Notes: a model not told the origin generated them from the sequence alone. A stretch of DNA of 64,000 nt from an uncultured Chitinophaga sp. (GCA_964505065.1 CAZDGF010000005.1:6850-70849), one strand, 5' to 3'. Shown: positions 18,736 to 30,428, numbered from the stretch's first letter. Program-made: numbers and translations.

Positions 18736-20421
18736 ATGCGTTCAATATTTGTATTATCAATAGTATTGGTTTTTTCGGGTTCAGCTTTTAGCCAAACAGA
18801 GGCAGAAATTGTTGCCCGTTTTAAACAAGATATTTCTTATTTGGCATCTGATGAATTAGAAGGAAGGCTTACTGGCTCCGATGGCGAGCAAAAATCTTCA
18901 ACCTATATAGCCAATCAATTTTTAGCTAACGGCATTTTACCTTATGGCGATAATGGGCAGTATTTTCAAAATTTTAGTATTATACGTGTACGTATTGCAA
19001 TGAGAAAAGAGTATTTAAAAATAAAAGACAATATTGGAAAATTAGAAGTTATAGGTGCAAGAGAAGGAGAATTTTATCCTATAGCCTATAGCTGCAATAA
19101 AGATAGCATTAATTTGCCTGTGTTTCAAGCTGGCTATGGTATAAATACAAAAGATTATAACGACTATAAAGATACTACAGATATTAGAGGAAAAATATTT
19201 GTAATTAAACTTGGCAGCCCCGAGGTAGGCACTGCACACAACAAATACGAACCTTACGAAAGTATTGGCTATAAGGTAGATGAAGCCATAAAACATGGTG
19301 CAAGAGGCATTGTTTTTGTTAGAAATGATACATTTTCTGAAATACCTAAAAGCTTTTTAGATAGAAGTATTAATCCAAGAAAAATACCAATTATATTTTC
19401 GAAAACAAAAACTGAAAGTATATTAAATGCTTCAATAATAGATATGCAGGTAAATATTGCCCAACTCAATAGCACTGCACACAATGTGGTAGGTTTTATG
19501 AACAATAAAAAGAAAAAAACAATAATAATAGGTGCGCATCAAGACCATTTGGGCTACAATGAATATGGGGGCAGCAGAACAAAAGCCGAAGGTAAAATAC
19601 ACAATGGTGCAGATGATAATGCAAGCGGTATAGCCATGATGTTGGAGCTAATGCGCAAAATAAAAAAGAGTAAAAAATTAAAGAAATGTAATTATGTTTT
19701 TATTGCTTTTAGTGGCGAAGAGCAAGGCTTATTAGGCTCTAATTATTTTGTAAAACATACTTCTTTGAATTTAAAAAAGGTAAAATATATGCTCAATTTT
19801 GATATGGTAGGCAGATTGGATAGCATCAAAAAAGCCTTGATGATATATGGCGTAGGCACTAGCCCCGAATGGAAAACCAGTATAGCCAAACTTGAAACCG
19901 ATAGTACTCAAATAAAAATAAAAACTGCAGAAAGCGGGACTGGTAGTAGCGACCACACCAATTTTTACTATCAAAATATACCAGTATTGCATTATTTTAG
20001 TGGGCAACATAGCGATTACCACATGCCTTCTGATGATGAACATTTAATAAATTACCATGGTATGTATTTAAGTTACGATGTGGTTATTCAAATGTTGAAA
20101 AACACCAGAAAAATAAAAAATTTTACATTTACCCCTACTAAAAGCGAAGAAAGCCAACGCATGAGTTTTAAAGTAACGCTTGGTATAATGCCCGATTATG
20201 CTTTTGATGGCGTGGGCATGCGTGTAGATGGTGTAACACTTGAAAAAGCGGGAGCTAAAGCAGGTTTACTAAAAAATGATATTATAACCAAACTTGGCGA
20301 ATACAGCATAAACAGTGTAGAAACCTATATGAAAGCATTAAGCACTTTTAAAAAAGGCGATACCACTACAATGGTAATAAAACGTGGAGCAGAAGAAAAA
20401 ACATTAACCGTTACATTTTAA
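18736..20421 (+). CDS. M28-family aminopeptidase with PA-like insert and C-terminal PDZ domain
   Basis: HNGADDNASG and FSGEEQGLLGS metal-ligand motifs, with a C-terminal PDZ-like GAKAGLLKNDIITKLGEYSI. The likely start is ATG at 18736 (MRSIFVLSIVLVFSGSAFSQ); the ORF track starts at 18667. Confidence 0.8.
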   Translation: MRSIFVLSIVLVFSGSAFSQTEAEIVARFKQDISYLASDELEGRLTGSDGEQKSSTYIANQFLANGILPYGDNGQYFQNFSIIRVRIAMRKEYLKIKDNIGKLEVIGAREGEFYPIAYSCNKDSINLPVFQAGYGINTKDYNDYKDTTDIRGKIFVIKLGSPEVGTAHNKYEPYESIGYKVDEAIKHGARGIVFVRNDTFSEIPKSFLDRSINPRKIPIIFSKTKTESILNASIIDMQVNIAQLNSTAHNVVGFMNNKKKKTIIIGAHQDHLGYNEYGGSRTKAEGKIHNGADDNASGIAMMLELMRKIKKSKKLKKCNYVFIAFSGEEQGLLGSNYFVKHTSLNLKKVKYMLNFDMVGRLDSIKKALMIYGVGTSPEWKTSIAKLETDSTQIKIKTAESGTGSSDHTNFYYQNIPVLHYFSGQHSDYHMPSDDEHLINYHGMYLSYDVVIQMLKNTRKIKNFTFTPTKSEESQRMSFKVTLGIMPDYAFDGVGMRVDGVTLEKAGAKAGLLKNDIITKLGEYSINSVETYMKALSTFKKGDTTTMVIKRGAEEKTLTVTF

Positions 20422-20435
20422 AATACCACAAAAAA

Positions 20436-21389
20436 TTGAAGATTACAGAACATATTAGCAAAGCCAAAAGCACCCTTTTTTCGTTTGAAATACTGCCACC
20501 ATTAAAAGGCAATAATATTGAAAGTATTTATGCTGGCATTGAGCCATTAATGGAATTTAAGCCATCGTTTATAGATGTTACCTACCATAGAGAAGAGTAT
20601 GTAATGAAAAAACGCAACGATGGCTTATTTGCCAAAGTGGCTACTAAAAAACGCCCTGGCACAGTGGCTATTTGTGCTGCTATAATGCATAAATTTAATG
20701 TAGATGCTGTGCCACATATTATATGTGGAGGTTTTACCAAAGAAGACACAGAAAATGCCTTAATAGATTTGAATTTTTTAGGCATAGATAATATTTTGGC
20801 TTTGAGGGGCGATAACCAAAAAAATGAAACCATTTTTACCCCTGAAAATGGCGGAAATGCGAATGCTTTAGAGCTTATTTATCAAATAAAAAACATGAAC
20901 AGTGGTATTTATTTAGATGAAGAATTGAGCAATGCCAATGTTACCAATTTTTGTATAGGTGGTGCCTGTTATCCCGAAAAACACCACGATGCACCAAACT
21001 TAAACAGCGACCTAAAATTTTTGAAACGCAAGGTAGAAAGCGGTGCCGAGTTTTTAGTAACACAAATGTTTTTTGACAATCAAAAATACTTTGATTTTGT
21101 AGAAAGGTGTAGAGCAGAAGGTATTACTGTACCCATTATTCCAGGAATAAAACCATTGGCTACCAAAGCTCAATTAAGTGTATTGCCAAAATTATTCAAT
21201 ACAGATATTCCTTATGAACTTAGCGATGCAGTAGAAAAATGTAAAACTGCCGATGATGCTAAACAGATAGGTATTGAATGGGCCATTACACAATGTAAAG
21301 AACTTATAAAAGCCAATGTGCCAGTATTACATTTTTATACTATGGGTAAAAGCGAATCGACTAAAAAAATAGGCGAACAAATATTTTAA
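20436..21389 (+). CDS. metF: Methylenetetrahydrofolate reductase
   Basis: FSFEILPPLKG, DVTYH, PHIICGG, LALRGD, FLVTQMFFD. TTG start. Confidence 0.9.
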   Translation: MKITEHISKAKSTLFSFEILPPLKGNNIESIYAGIEPLMEFKPSFIDVTYHREEYVMKKRNDGLFAKVATKKRPGTVAICAAIMHKFNVDAVPHIICGGFTKEDTENALIDLNFLGIDNILALRGDNQKNETIFTPENGGNANALELIYQIKNMNSGIYLDEELSNANVTNFCIGGACYPEKHHDAPNLNSDLKFLKRKVESGAEFLVTQMFFDNQKYFDFVERCRAEGITVPIIPGIKPLATKAQLSVLPKLFNTDIPYELSDAVEKCKTADDAKQIGIEWAITQCKELIKANVPVLHFYTMGKSESTKKIGEQIF

Positions 21390-21395
21390 TTTATT

Positions 21396-22328
21396 TTGAA
21401 AGGCATTATTGTAAAATCTACTGGCAGCTGGTATAAAATAAAGCAAGCAGATGGCAGCACATTAGATGCCCGTGTAAAAGGCAAATTTAGATTAAAAGAT
21501 ATTTCTACTACCAATCCTTTGGCTGTGGGCGATATAGTAGAATACGAAATGGAACCCAGTGGTGATGACATTGTGGGCATAATTCATGGGTTAGAAAAAC
21601 GCAAAAACTATATTATTCGCAAAAGCAATAAGCTTAGCAAACAAGGGCAAATTATAGCCGCCAATATTGATATTGCTTTGCTTATTGTTACCCTTTCATC
21701 GCCTCGAACTTCGCTCGGTTTTATTGATAGATTTTTGGTCATGGCTGGGGCATATCATATACCCGTTACATTGGTATTTAACAAAGTAGATATTTATACA
21801 GCCGAAGAAGAAATACAATACCAAAATTTAAAAAAACTGTACGAAGGTTTGGGTTATCAAACAGCTATTTCTTCTATCATTAAATCTGAATTATTACCAG
21901 AACATTCTATTTTACCTTTAATAAAAAACAAATTAGCCTTGCTTTGCGGACATTCAGGAGTGGGCAAAAGCAGTATATTAAATTCGCTTTTGCCATTGGT
22001 TAAACAAAAGGTAGATAATATTAGTAAAATACATTTAAAAGGCAAACACACTACCACCTTTGCCGAAATATTTTATCTTGAAGATACAACAGCCATTATA
22101 GATACACCAGGTATTAGAGATTTTGGGGTTATAGACATTCCAGAAAATGAAATAGGTCATTATTTTCCTGAAATAAGAGCATTAATGCCATACTGTAAAT
22201 TTAACGATTGCAAACACCTAAACGAGCCTGAGTGTGCTGTTATAGATGCATTTGAAAATGAAGAACTAATGCCAAGCAGATATTTAAGTTATATGAGTAT
22301 TATGGAAAATAGCGATATTTTTGATTGA
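21396..22328 (+). CDS. rsgA: Ribosome small-subunit-dependent GTPase A
   Basis: OB-fold N-terminus, GHSGVGKSSILNSL, DTPGIRDFG and a C-terminal zinc knuckle CKFNDCKHLNEPECAV. TTG start. Confidence 0.9.
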   Translation: MKGIIVKSTGSWYKIKQADGSTLDARVKGKFRLKDISTTNPLAVGDIVEYEMEPSGDDIVGIIHGLEKRKNYIIRKSNKLSKQGQIIAANIDIALLIVTLSSPRTSLGFIDRFLVMAGAYHIPVTLVFNKVDIYTAEEEIQYQNLKKLYEGLGYQTAISSIIKSELLPEHSILPLIKNKLALLCGHSGVGKSSILNSLLPLVKQKVDNISKIHLKGKHTTTFAEIFYLEDTTAIIDTPGIRDFGVIDIPENEIGHYFPEIRALMPYCKFNDCKHLNEPECAVIDAFENEELMPSRYLSYMSIMENSDIFD

Positions 22329-22352
22329 TAATATTTGCAAAAATCTATAATA

Positions 22353-22862
22353 TTAATTTGAATTATATTCAAAATTACCATAACTAATTATATTGTACAC
22401 TGGATTTACTTGATTGATAATTGAAATAAAATCTTGATGGGTTAATCCAAATTGTTTTAAATTATAATTCACACTTTTGCCATTTTTTAACGTAATGCAC
22501 ATTACTGCAATTTTAATGCCTTCTATTTTCTTCATATCAGTGCCAAGATGCTTTATTTCATCGTATTGAATCATTTTAACGTGTTTGAAAAAAAGCCATT
22601 TAAAATCAATAAGTTCAACTTGTAATTTAAAAAAACTTATTGCTGGAAGATGATAATTTATTTTTATAAATATTTGTAAAAAGCTCCATATTAAAACGCC
22701 AAAAATTACAATAAAACCAAACCAAATTCCTTTAGAATCTAATATTTTAAATAAATACAAAATAAAGAAAAGAGCTAAATAAACAAAGATGATTAAAAAA
22801 AAATTTTTCTTTGATTTTAAAATTTCTTTTTTATTGAAAAATACTTCTTTTATTGGTAGCAT
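22353..22862 (-). CDS. Hypothetical membrane protein
   Basis: 169 aa with two or three N-terminal TM helices. No family recognised. Confidence 0.4.
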   Translation of the reverse strand: MLPIKEVFFNKKEILKSKKNFFLIIFVYLALFFILYLFKILDSKGIWFGFIVIFGVLIWSFLQIFIKINYHLPAISFFKLQVELIDFKWLFFKHVKMIQYDEIKHLGTDMKKIEGIKIAVMCITLKNGKSVNYNLKQFGLTHQDFISIINQVNPVYNIISYGNFEYNSN

Positions 22863-22985
22863 AGTTTTTAAATTCTTTTTGCAATAATACTTTTTTTAAA
22901 TTTTAACTGCAAAAAAAATGTTTTTAGATTTGCGAATAATCGAAGGTCTAACCATTAAAAATTTTAGTTTAGTTGATTAAAATAC

Positions 22986-25900
22986 CTACTGAATTGTATA
23001 TCTTAATTTAAACCCAAAGGTGGTAAGGGCAGTAGGAAAGGAGTTGGAAGCAAAAGGTTTACTTGCTCTTCTATCATAAAATATTTGTAAGTTTACATTT
23101 GTATTTATCATATAATTGATATTAGGGCGAACAAGCACCACTCTTTGCCCACCTTGAACTACAGCTGGACCCTTATCTATATTTCTAACTAAATTAACCG
23201 TATTTTGTACACTTACATCTAAATCCATTTGCAAGTCGTTATCAAGCGGCAAGCGTTTACCATTTACCTTTATGGGCAGTTTCATACCATTGGTTCTATA
23301 GCCTAATCTAAAACTTAGCTCGTTTTGACTCATTTCTGTAATATTTGCATTTTGTACAAAAAGCGAAACTTGGCGAGAGCGGTTTACTTTAAAGCCTCCT
23401 GTTAAGCCGCCTTTGGTGGTAAAATCTATTCCAATTAAGGGCGCAAAACTTTCTCGCATACTTACATTGTTTATATTGTATCTGCTTACAAAGTTAGAGC
23501 CTGTATCGGCAGTTGCGCTTTTTGAATTGTATGCCAAATTGCTGGTGTAGCCACCCACTGTGTATAAGCCTGTATAGCGATGTTGAATAGTAATATTGGT
23601 AAATGTTTTAGCTATGCTTTTTATTTTTGTTAAGCCATTGTAATTAATATTCCAATTGGGCAATGGCACTTTAGGGAAAGCGCTAAGCCCTATTTTACCT
23701 TGGTTGCTTCCTGTATAAGCTGCTAAGAACGAGGGTATCATTACATCTTGTGCTGTTTTGCCATAGCCTTTTGGGTAAAATGTTGCTGGGTCAACAGTGC
23801 GGTTGCCTATTCTTACATCTTCTGCCTGCTGGCGTTGGGCTACTACAAATCTATATCCTTCAAAATTATTATATGTTTGGTTATCCCAACCATTGCTTGC
23901 TTTTGATGGGTTAAAAGCTGTGCGAATAAAAATATGCGACATTGTAAAATTACCTGTTTCTGTAATGGCAAAATCTCTCCAGTCTTTAGAAGAGTCGGCA
24001 TCAAATCTAAATTGAGATTGCAGATTATTACTTCTGTTTAAATTGGCATTAAGCTGAATTACAAAACCTTTAAATGGTTCTATTCTTGCAGTTCCTGTTA
24101 TGCTAGTCATTTTATTTTGCATAAAAAAGTTATTCATGCGCGAGTCGTTGGTTAATGCACCTTGTTTAGCTAATTCGTAGCGTGTATTGCTTTTTTGGCT
24201 ACCCAATATAAAAGGCAAACCTGGGGCATCTTGTGCAAAATTTTGTCCAAAATAATCTGGCGAATGTATAAAACCTGGCAATACCGTACCTTCTTTTTGA
24301 TTGTAACTAATAGCTACATTTTTTACCATCATTAAGGCTCTAAAAAAATTAGTGCCTACCATTTGTTTTTCTTTCTTTTTGGCAGGTGGTTTTTCGCTAT
24401 CGTCTTGTTTATCTCCGGGCTTTGGTGTAGCAGGCTTTGTTTTTTCTTTGTTGTTTTTTGCTTTTTTACCTCCTTGTTCTATGCGTTTTAAAAAAGGAAT
24501 TTTATTGTACAAAGTATTCATATTGAAAGTAGAGTTTACTTGAATATCTCTGCTATTTTGTATAGTATTTCCAAGGCTTGCTGCTGCCGGAGGCGCTTGT
24601 GTCCAGCCATAATTGCTGCCATATTTAACAGTGGTATTTATCCAATTTAGCGCACCTACTTTATCAAAAGGCAATTCATAATTAAAATTTGCTGTTTGTG
24701 TAAAATTGGTCATTCTGCCAAGTCTAAAAAAATCATCGCGTACACTGTCTCTTTTTTCTTGAGTGTTCAATTGCCCAAAAGGCTCTTGAACTCGGGCATT
24801 TGCAGAGGCATTATAATCTAATTTTAATCTACCACCCTTAGTTAAAGGAAAATTTACAATATAAACCCTATTAAACGTAAAGTTTTTATCGAACAAGCGT
24901 GGGGTAAATTGTTTAAAGGCATCATTGCTTCTATTTTGGGTTTCGCTATAATATCTATCTGCATCAAAACGAATGGTAATATTTTGAGGCAAGGCGTATA
25001 AATTAAAATCTCTTAGTATAGCCAAGCGTTTACTTTTTATAAATTTAAAGGGCTCCCAAGGTTTTATTTTAGGGCTATAGGTATAGCCTACGCTGCCATG
25101 GTATGTTTTTGAGAAATTTTGTTCAATTTGTATATTTCTTCTTTGTAAATGAATATAAGAATAGGTAAAATTAAAATTGGAAATATTCCAGGGCATGCTT
25201 GGTCCTTTAGATGTTTTTGCTTTCCGCACATTGGTAAAGTTTAAACTATAACGAGAGGTTACATCTTCGGAGGAGCGCAGCTTTGCTTTCTTTTCTGTTG
25301 GCGACATTCTTTCTACAACCCTATCAAGTTCAACATCAGGATTTAGTGGGTCGAATTTAGGGCGCATTATTGTACCGCTGTAGCCTATAAACATTGGAAT
25401 ATTTACACTTGCTTTTTGAGGAAAAAATTTACCTAACTCAAAACTTGAGCTTAAATCGTATTGGTAATTATCGCTAAGGTTTCTTTCGTTCAATCTTTGG
25501 TCGACCCCGCCATAGCCTATGGTAGAAATATTGCCCGATGCAGAAAGTGTTGCAAAATCTGCCATTTGAGCAACAACACGCCCTGTGGTAGCCCAGCCGC
25601 CTTTGTTGGTAATATCTGTTACACGCATTTCATTAAACCATACTTCGCCACATTTAGATACATCAGCATTGTTTCTTATACCCAGCATTACCACCCTTAA
25701 ATTACTTAAATCTGGCAAACCCAATAGCGATATTTTATGCCCTTTGCCATTTACATAAAAGAAAGGGCGTGTTAAAGGATTGCCTGCCTCTGTGCGTTTG
25801 TCTTTTGCACCAAATAAATCGGACAATGGAAAGTCGAATTCATTTTCTGCCATCCAAATTCTATCGGCAGCATAGGCGCCATCGGGGGTAATTTTTAAAG

Positions 25901-28900
25901 GAATTTCGTACTCATAATAATTAGATATTAAATCTGTACCCACTCTTATAAATGCAGAAAGTTCGCCATCTTTTACATCAGTTCCTTCAGCATGTACAAA
26001 CATTTTGAAATTTTTATAATTTCGCACATCAAAGTTTGTGGTTTTATATGCTGCACGGCTATCGCCAGCTTTAAGGTTGCATACTCTTAATGACAAGGAT
26101 TGCTCATTTTGTTGCACCACATTTTGCGAAGTTGGGTCTTGCACCCTATCTATACCGGGAGGCTCTATATAACGTATAGGAGAGCGTTTGCCATTTTCTT
26201 CAATATTTACAGTAGATACCACAAAGGTGGTGGCGTCTGTAGGGTCGAGAGGCACAACTGCACCTGGTGTATTTAACGATTGTAAGTATCTTCGCCAATC
26301 CGCACGAACTAATTGCAATTGCCCAAAACGCAGTATGGTACTATCTGTAAAACCTTTCATAAACATACGCATAAAACGGATAGATTTAAAATCGGATATA
26401 TTGCCAACCGTATTTGTAAATTGTTTTACAGGTATTTTAAGTTGAATCCATTTTATTTTTTCCGTTTTGCCATTTTTAAGTTCTTTGTTTATTTCGTTAA
26501 TATCTGTAACAAAGCCTTTGCCTATTTCCAAATCTTGAGGACTTAAATCTATTTTATACTGAAAATAATCCTCTGTTTGGTTCATGGTAAAATCGTTATT
26601 AATGTCTTCATTGTCTGGCAAGTTGGTTGCTGCTTGTGGTGTGCCATCGCCCAACTTATTTAATGTAGAATTGCCTTGTAATGAATTGAATTTTTTATAA
26701 CGAGAAATAATTGAATTGTCGTTTCCGCCATCGTAAATGCCGTCTCTATTGTGAAAATAATTATCGTTTGAAGGGTCGGCTAAAGCCATTTGGTATATTT
26801 TAGAATTTTCGCCAAATAAGGTTTTTAAACTATCCAAATATTTTACAAAGTATGCCTTTTCATCATCGTCATTTAAACCATCTAAACCTAAATCTTGAAA
26901 TGGACGAGCAGAAGGCTCATTATCAAAAGCATTGTTTATTTGAGGTAATAAAGGTACTCTGCCGAAAATAGAGGTATCTACATCGCGTAAATCGCCTTTA
27001 GCGTTTAAGCCATTTTCAAATACTTTTCTTCTATCGGGCAGTATATCTTCGCTAACGTTTCCAAGGTCTATGTATAATTGTCCTTTATTGCTTCCTGTGG
27101 TGTTATAAGTAAATGGGTCCATCATCCATACTTCTATATAATCTATATTGGCTGCTTCAAAATCGTTGCTTTCTATTCTGCGCATTATGCCGCCCCATGC
27201 TTTGGTAGGTTGTTTAAATGTGCCATCGGCATTAAAATCTACAATATTATTATTGTAGTTATAAATCCCTCTTTCTTTTGGAAAAAATGCCAAATCTAAA
27301 GTTGGTAAAATAGTGGGCGCACCTTGTTGTATTTGTTTGTTGGGAAATACTTCTGTAACCAATACCTCGCGCATATAATGATTGCTTTGCATATCAATAT
27401 TGTTTTGTACATTGGCAGGTGTGAATTTATCAGTTCTATAAAAAGTAGGGTCTATATTATACCAAGCGGTTTTAGCTCGGTAATTTCCCCAATCTTTTTT
27501 ATTTGGGCTATTCCACTCTGGAAAAAGAAGCGGTTGGTATTGCGGTAAGCTGGCAAGTTTCCAACTGGCTACCATGCGCAAATCAAATGTAGTTTCAGCA
27601 CCTTCAAAATCATCAATATAACTTACGCCTCTTGTTTTGTTTTGCCCCCTTGCTTTGCCAGGAAATATGCGTGCATACTCGCCTTGTGCTGTAAGTTTAC
27701 TTTCGGCTTTGGTTTCTATAAATGGCAGTTTATCTACCAATTTGGTTAAAAACCGAGAGCTTGAATTATAACTTGCATCTACTCCTATAACTGTATTAAG
27801 CAAGGGTTCATCGCCAATATTTGTTTTAGGCGTTAGTGGTCTTTCGTACATGTGCATAATTGTGCCGCCTAATAATAATTTTTTATTAGCTATGTAATCA
27901 AATCGTGCGCCAAGCAAGGTGCGTTGTTGGATATTGAAAACGCTATTGCTTTCTGCACTTACCTTTATTGTAGCTCCAGATTGTAAAATACCTTGGTTAA
28001 TAATGGTAACCTTTCCTGCATTATAATCTACAATATAATCTACGTTTTCTGTTAGCTTTGTGCCATTGGCGGTAACAACTACAGAGCCTTGAGGCACGTT
28101 TAAGGCGTTTAATGAAATTTCTGAACTACTTGAACCTTTATAACTTCCTTTAAGAAAGAATTTGTTATGGGCTACATCTTGCTCTGCCAGCCATCGTGTA
28201 CTATCATAAAGCGCATCGTACACATATTTATCTGCTCTTTGGTCGCCATTAAATTTAGCTCTTAAATAATTCCCGAATGGCTCTCTAACAGGAAAAATAA
28301 TACGTCCTTGTTGACTTTGAATTGTAAAGCCTTCTAAAATATCTATCATTCCATCGTGTTTAGCCTCTTGTTGGCGGTTAATTTTATCCAAATTCATTAC
28401 CCTAATTAACGGCACACCATCGCTTAATCCAGGAATATTATTTACAGGTAAATAATTCAAATCTGCACCTGATGGGTCGTCATTGTATATTACATTAAAG
28501 TTTAAATCTGCTGGATTGATATTGAAAGAACCTAAAGAATAAATATTTTTCATCATTAGTTCCCACATGGGTATGCGGGTACGAATAATATTGCCTTTTA
28601 GCATTTTTACCATTAATACTTTACTATCTGTTCTTGAGCTACTTTGTTCCGAGGCAAACTCGCCCACTTTGTAGGTAATGCCATTAAAAGTATACTCAAA
28701 AGCAACGCCTAAAATTTCATCATTATTTAATGCACTATTTAAGGAGATATAACCTAAACGCTCATTTACAGTAAATTCATTTGTATTTAATTGCCTTGCA
28801 TTTGTTAGCAATTCGTAATCTAAACCAATACGCAAATAAGAAGCTACACCATTTATGGCATCTAATGTAGAACTTGAAGAACGCACTTGTGCATTGTTTT

Positions 28901-30251
28901 TTAAAAGTGTGTATAAATTATTTGATGTATTATCTGTGTAAACTCTTGATTCTGGAATTAAATTTACATTATTTGGTTGTTGTTCTCCCAAATCCATCAA
29001 TGCTAAAATATCTCTTGTATTGTCCACACTTCCGCTTCTATTGGTTACCCATACCTCAACCCTGTTAATAAATACTCCAGAATTTATAATTGGCAATTGT
29101 GATAATGCATTATCATATTGGTTTTTCATGGCTTGCCCTAAAAAGAAATGCCTATTTTGGTCGTAGCTGCTGGCTTGAATATTATAGTTGGTAACTTGCG
29201 CTCCACCATTTACGGTGGTTTCCGTACGTTGTCCTTTATTTTGGGTGGCTATAAAAGAGGCTTTTAGTTTCCCAAATTGCCAATCTGTTTTTATACCAAA
29301 TAAAGATTGTCCGCCTTGAATTAAGCTGCCATTTAGCGGTAAACTTACATTGCCAAGCTCTATTTTTTTAAGCATTTGGTCTTCTTTGCCTACCCAGTTT
29401 AGTTTGGTTTGGTTGTCAAAATCAAATGTTGCATCTGTATCGTATTTTATGCCTAAATCAAGGGCGTTGCCTATTTTTCCTGTTACGTTAATTTGTATTT
29501 TTTGGTCGAAATCAAATTGCCCCGTTCTTTGCTGCCGTGCGCTAAATGCAGGGTTTCTAACAGTGTTAAAATTACCGCCAAATGTAAGCTCGGCACTACC
29601 GCTTGGGCGAATATCTATTAAGCCTCCTCTAAATACTTTATCTAAAACTGGTGGTGTTTTAATTAAAGGTGGGCGAGCTTTGTTATTGTTATATCCGCTG
29701 CTGCCTGCATTGCTTTTGGTGCGTTGTTCAAAGTATTTTTTTCTATCCTCTTTTGCGCTTTCTGCCATGTACTCGCTTTTGCTCATGCTGCGTAGCAGGG
29801 TTTTTCTACCAGCTATTTCTTTATATTCCTCATATTCGCCTGTTTTGGTATTGTATTCTATGTATGTTTTTACAGAGGGGTCGTTTAGGTCTATATTGTT
29901 TTGATAATCGCTTTTTTCTCTACCTGTATTTTGTTTTATAGGGTAAGTTAAATCTTTTATAGAAGTATCTTTTCCTGTTTTTTTTGTAGAATCTTGTGGA
30001 ATAGGATTTGAAATTTTAAAATTAAATTTTTTAGATTGAAAAACCTTATTGTTCAATAATTTTTTTATGTCTAAAACATCTTTTTCTGTTTCAGTTGAAA
30101 GGGGTAAATACGAAGTAGAAGTGGAATTTATTTGTGTAGCAATACTTAAAATAGGTAAAAATAATGCAGCCGAAAAAAGCCAAAAAAAGTTCAAAGCCCT
30201 TTTTTTATTAAGGGTTTTAGAAAAAGTAAATGCCATAAATTGTTGTTTCAA
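22986..30251 (-). CDS. sprA: T9SS translocon / gliding motility protein SprA
   Basis: 2421 aa with a signal peptide and giant beta-barrel-type composition. It has the size and lineage context typical of SprA, plus an internal K/P-rich linker (KKAKNNKEKTKPATPKPGDKQDDSEKPPAKKKEK). Confidence 0.85.
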   Translation of the reverse strand: MKQQFMAFTFSKTLNKKRALNFFWLFSAALFLPILSIATQINSTSTSYLPLSTETEKDVLDIKKLLNNKVFQSKKFNFKISNPIPQDSTKKTGKDTSIKDLTYPIKQNTGREKSDYQNNIDLNDPSVKTYIEYNTKTGEYEEYKEIAGRKTLLRSMSKSEYMAESAKEDRKKYFEQRTKSNAGSSGYNNNKARPPLIKTPPVLDKVFRGGLIDIRPSGSAELTFGGNFNTVRNPAFSARQQRTGQFDFDQKIQINVTGKIGNALDLGIKYDTDATFDFDNQTKLNWVGKEDQMLKKIELGNVSLPLNGSLIQGGQSLFGIKTDWQFGKLKASFIATQNKGQRTETTVNGGAQVTNYNIQASSYDQNRHFFLGQAMKNQYDNALSQLPIINSGVFINRVEVWVTNRSGSVDNTRDILALMDLGEQQPNNVNLIPESRVYTDNTSNNLYTLLKNNAQVRSSSSTLDAINGVASYLRIGLDYELLTNARQLNTNEFTVNERLGYISLNSALNNDEILGVAFEYTFNGITYKVGEFASEQSSSRTDSKVLMVKMLKGNIIRTRIPMWELMMKNIYSLGSFNINPADLNFNVIYNDDPSGADLNYLPVNNIPGLSDGVPLIRVMNLDKINRQQEAKHDGMIDILEGFTIQSQQGRIIFPVREPFGNYLRAKFNGDQRADKYVYDALYDSTRWLAEQDVAHNKFFLKGSYKGSSSSEISLNALNVPQGSVVVTANGTKLTENVDYIVDYNAGKVTIINQGILQSGATIKVSAESNSVFNIQQRTLLGARFDYIANKKLLLGGTIMHMYERPLTPKTNIGDEPLLNTVIGVDASYNSSSRFLTKLVDKLPFIETKAESKLTAQGEYARIFPGKARGQNKTRGVSYIDDFEGAETTFDLRMVASWKLASLPQYQPLLFPEWNSPNKKDWGNYRAKTAWYNIDPTFYRTDKFTPANVQNNIDMQSNHYMREVLVTEVFPNKQIQQGAPTILPTLDLAFFPKERGIYNYNNNIVDFNADGTFKQPTKAWGGIMRRIESNDFEAANIDYIEVWMMDPFTYNTTGSNKGQLYIDLGNVSEDILPDRRKVFENGLNAKGDLRDVDTSIFGRVPLLPQINNAFDNEPSARPFQDLGLDGLNDDDEKAYFVKYLDSLKTLFGENSKIYQMALADPSNDNYFHNRDGIYDGGNDNSIISRYKKFNSLQGNSTLNKLGDGTPQAATNLPDNEDINNDFTMNQTEDYFQYKIDLSPQDLEIGKGFVTDINEINKELKNGKTEKIKWIQLKIPVKQFTNTVGNISDFKSIRFMRMFMKGFTDSTILRFGQLQLVRADWRRYLQSLNTPGAVVPLDPTDATTFVVSTVNIEENGKRSPIRYIEPPGIDRVQDPTSQNVVQQNEQSLSLRVCNLKAGDSRAAYKTTNFDVRNYKNFKMFVHAEGTDVKDGELSAFIRVGTDLISNYYEYEIPLKITPDGAYAADRIWMAENEFDFPLSDLFGAKDKRTEAGNPLTRPFFYVNGKGHKISLLGLPDLSNLRVVMLGIRNNADVSKCGEVWFNEMRVTDITNKGGWATTGRVVAQMADFATLSASGNISTIGYGGVDQRLNERNLSDNYQYDLSSSFELGKFFPQKASVNIPMFIGYSGTIMRPKFDPLNPDVELDRVVERMSPTEKKAKLRSSEDVTSRYSLNFTNVRKAKTSKGPSMPWNISNFNFTYSYIHLQRRNIQIEQNFSKTYHGSVGYTYSPKIKPWEPFKFIKSKRLAILRDFNLYALPQNITIRFDADRYYSETQNRSNDAFKQFTPRLFDKNFTFNRVYIVNFPLTKGGRLKLDYNASANARVQEPFGQLNTQEKRDSVRDDFFRLGRMTNFTQTANFNYELPFDKVGALNWINTTVKYGSNYGWTQAPPAAASLGNTIQNSRDIQVNSTFNMNTLYNKIPFLKRIEQGGKKAKNNKEKTKPATPKPGDKQDDSEKPPAKKKEKQMVGTNFFRALMMVKNVAISYNQKEGTVLPGFIHSPDYFGQNFAQDAPGLPFILGSQKSNTRYELAKQGALTNDSRMNNFFMQNKMTSITGTARIEPFKGFVIQLNANLNRSNNLQSQFRFDADSSKDWRDFAITETGNFTMSHIFIRTAFNPSKASNGWDNQTYNNFEGYRFVVAQRQQAEDVRIGNRTVDPATFYPKGYGKTAQDVMIPSFLAAYTGSNQGKIGLSAFPKVPLPNWNINYNGLTKIKSIAKTFTNITIQHRYTGLYTVGGYTSNLAYNSKSATADTGSNFVSRYNINNVSMRESFAPLIGIDFTTKGGLTGGFKVNRSRQVSLFVQNANITEMSQNELSFRLGYRTNGMKLPIKVNGKRLPLDNDLQMDLDVSVQNTVNLVRNIDKGPAVVQGGQRVVLVRPNINYMINTNVNLQIFYDRRASKPFASNSFPTALTTFGFKLRYTIQ

Positions 30252-30428
30252 AGTGGGGTAAAATTGAATTGTCTTAGTAGATTTTTTCTATAGGCTTATG
30301 GTTATTATAATATGCGAATATAACTTAAATTAGAATATTTATATTGTGTTTGTCAAAAAAAAATGACAAATAAACAAGTAAGAAAATTGAATTTTAAAAA
30401 TAAATTTATAAGTTCAATATCATTGGGC

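Noticed and set aside
29350-29904. 184-aa and 90-aa plus-strand ORFs, plus several 60-85-aa ones between 23797 and 30261
   Set aside because: All are antisense within the 2421-aa sprA frame. They have low-complexity Leu/Ser/Phe composition and no start context.
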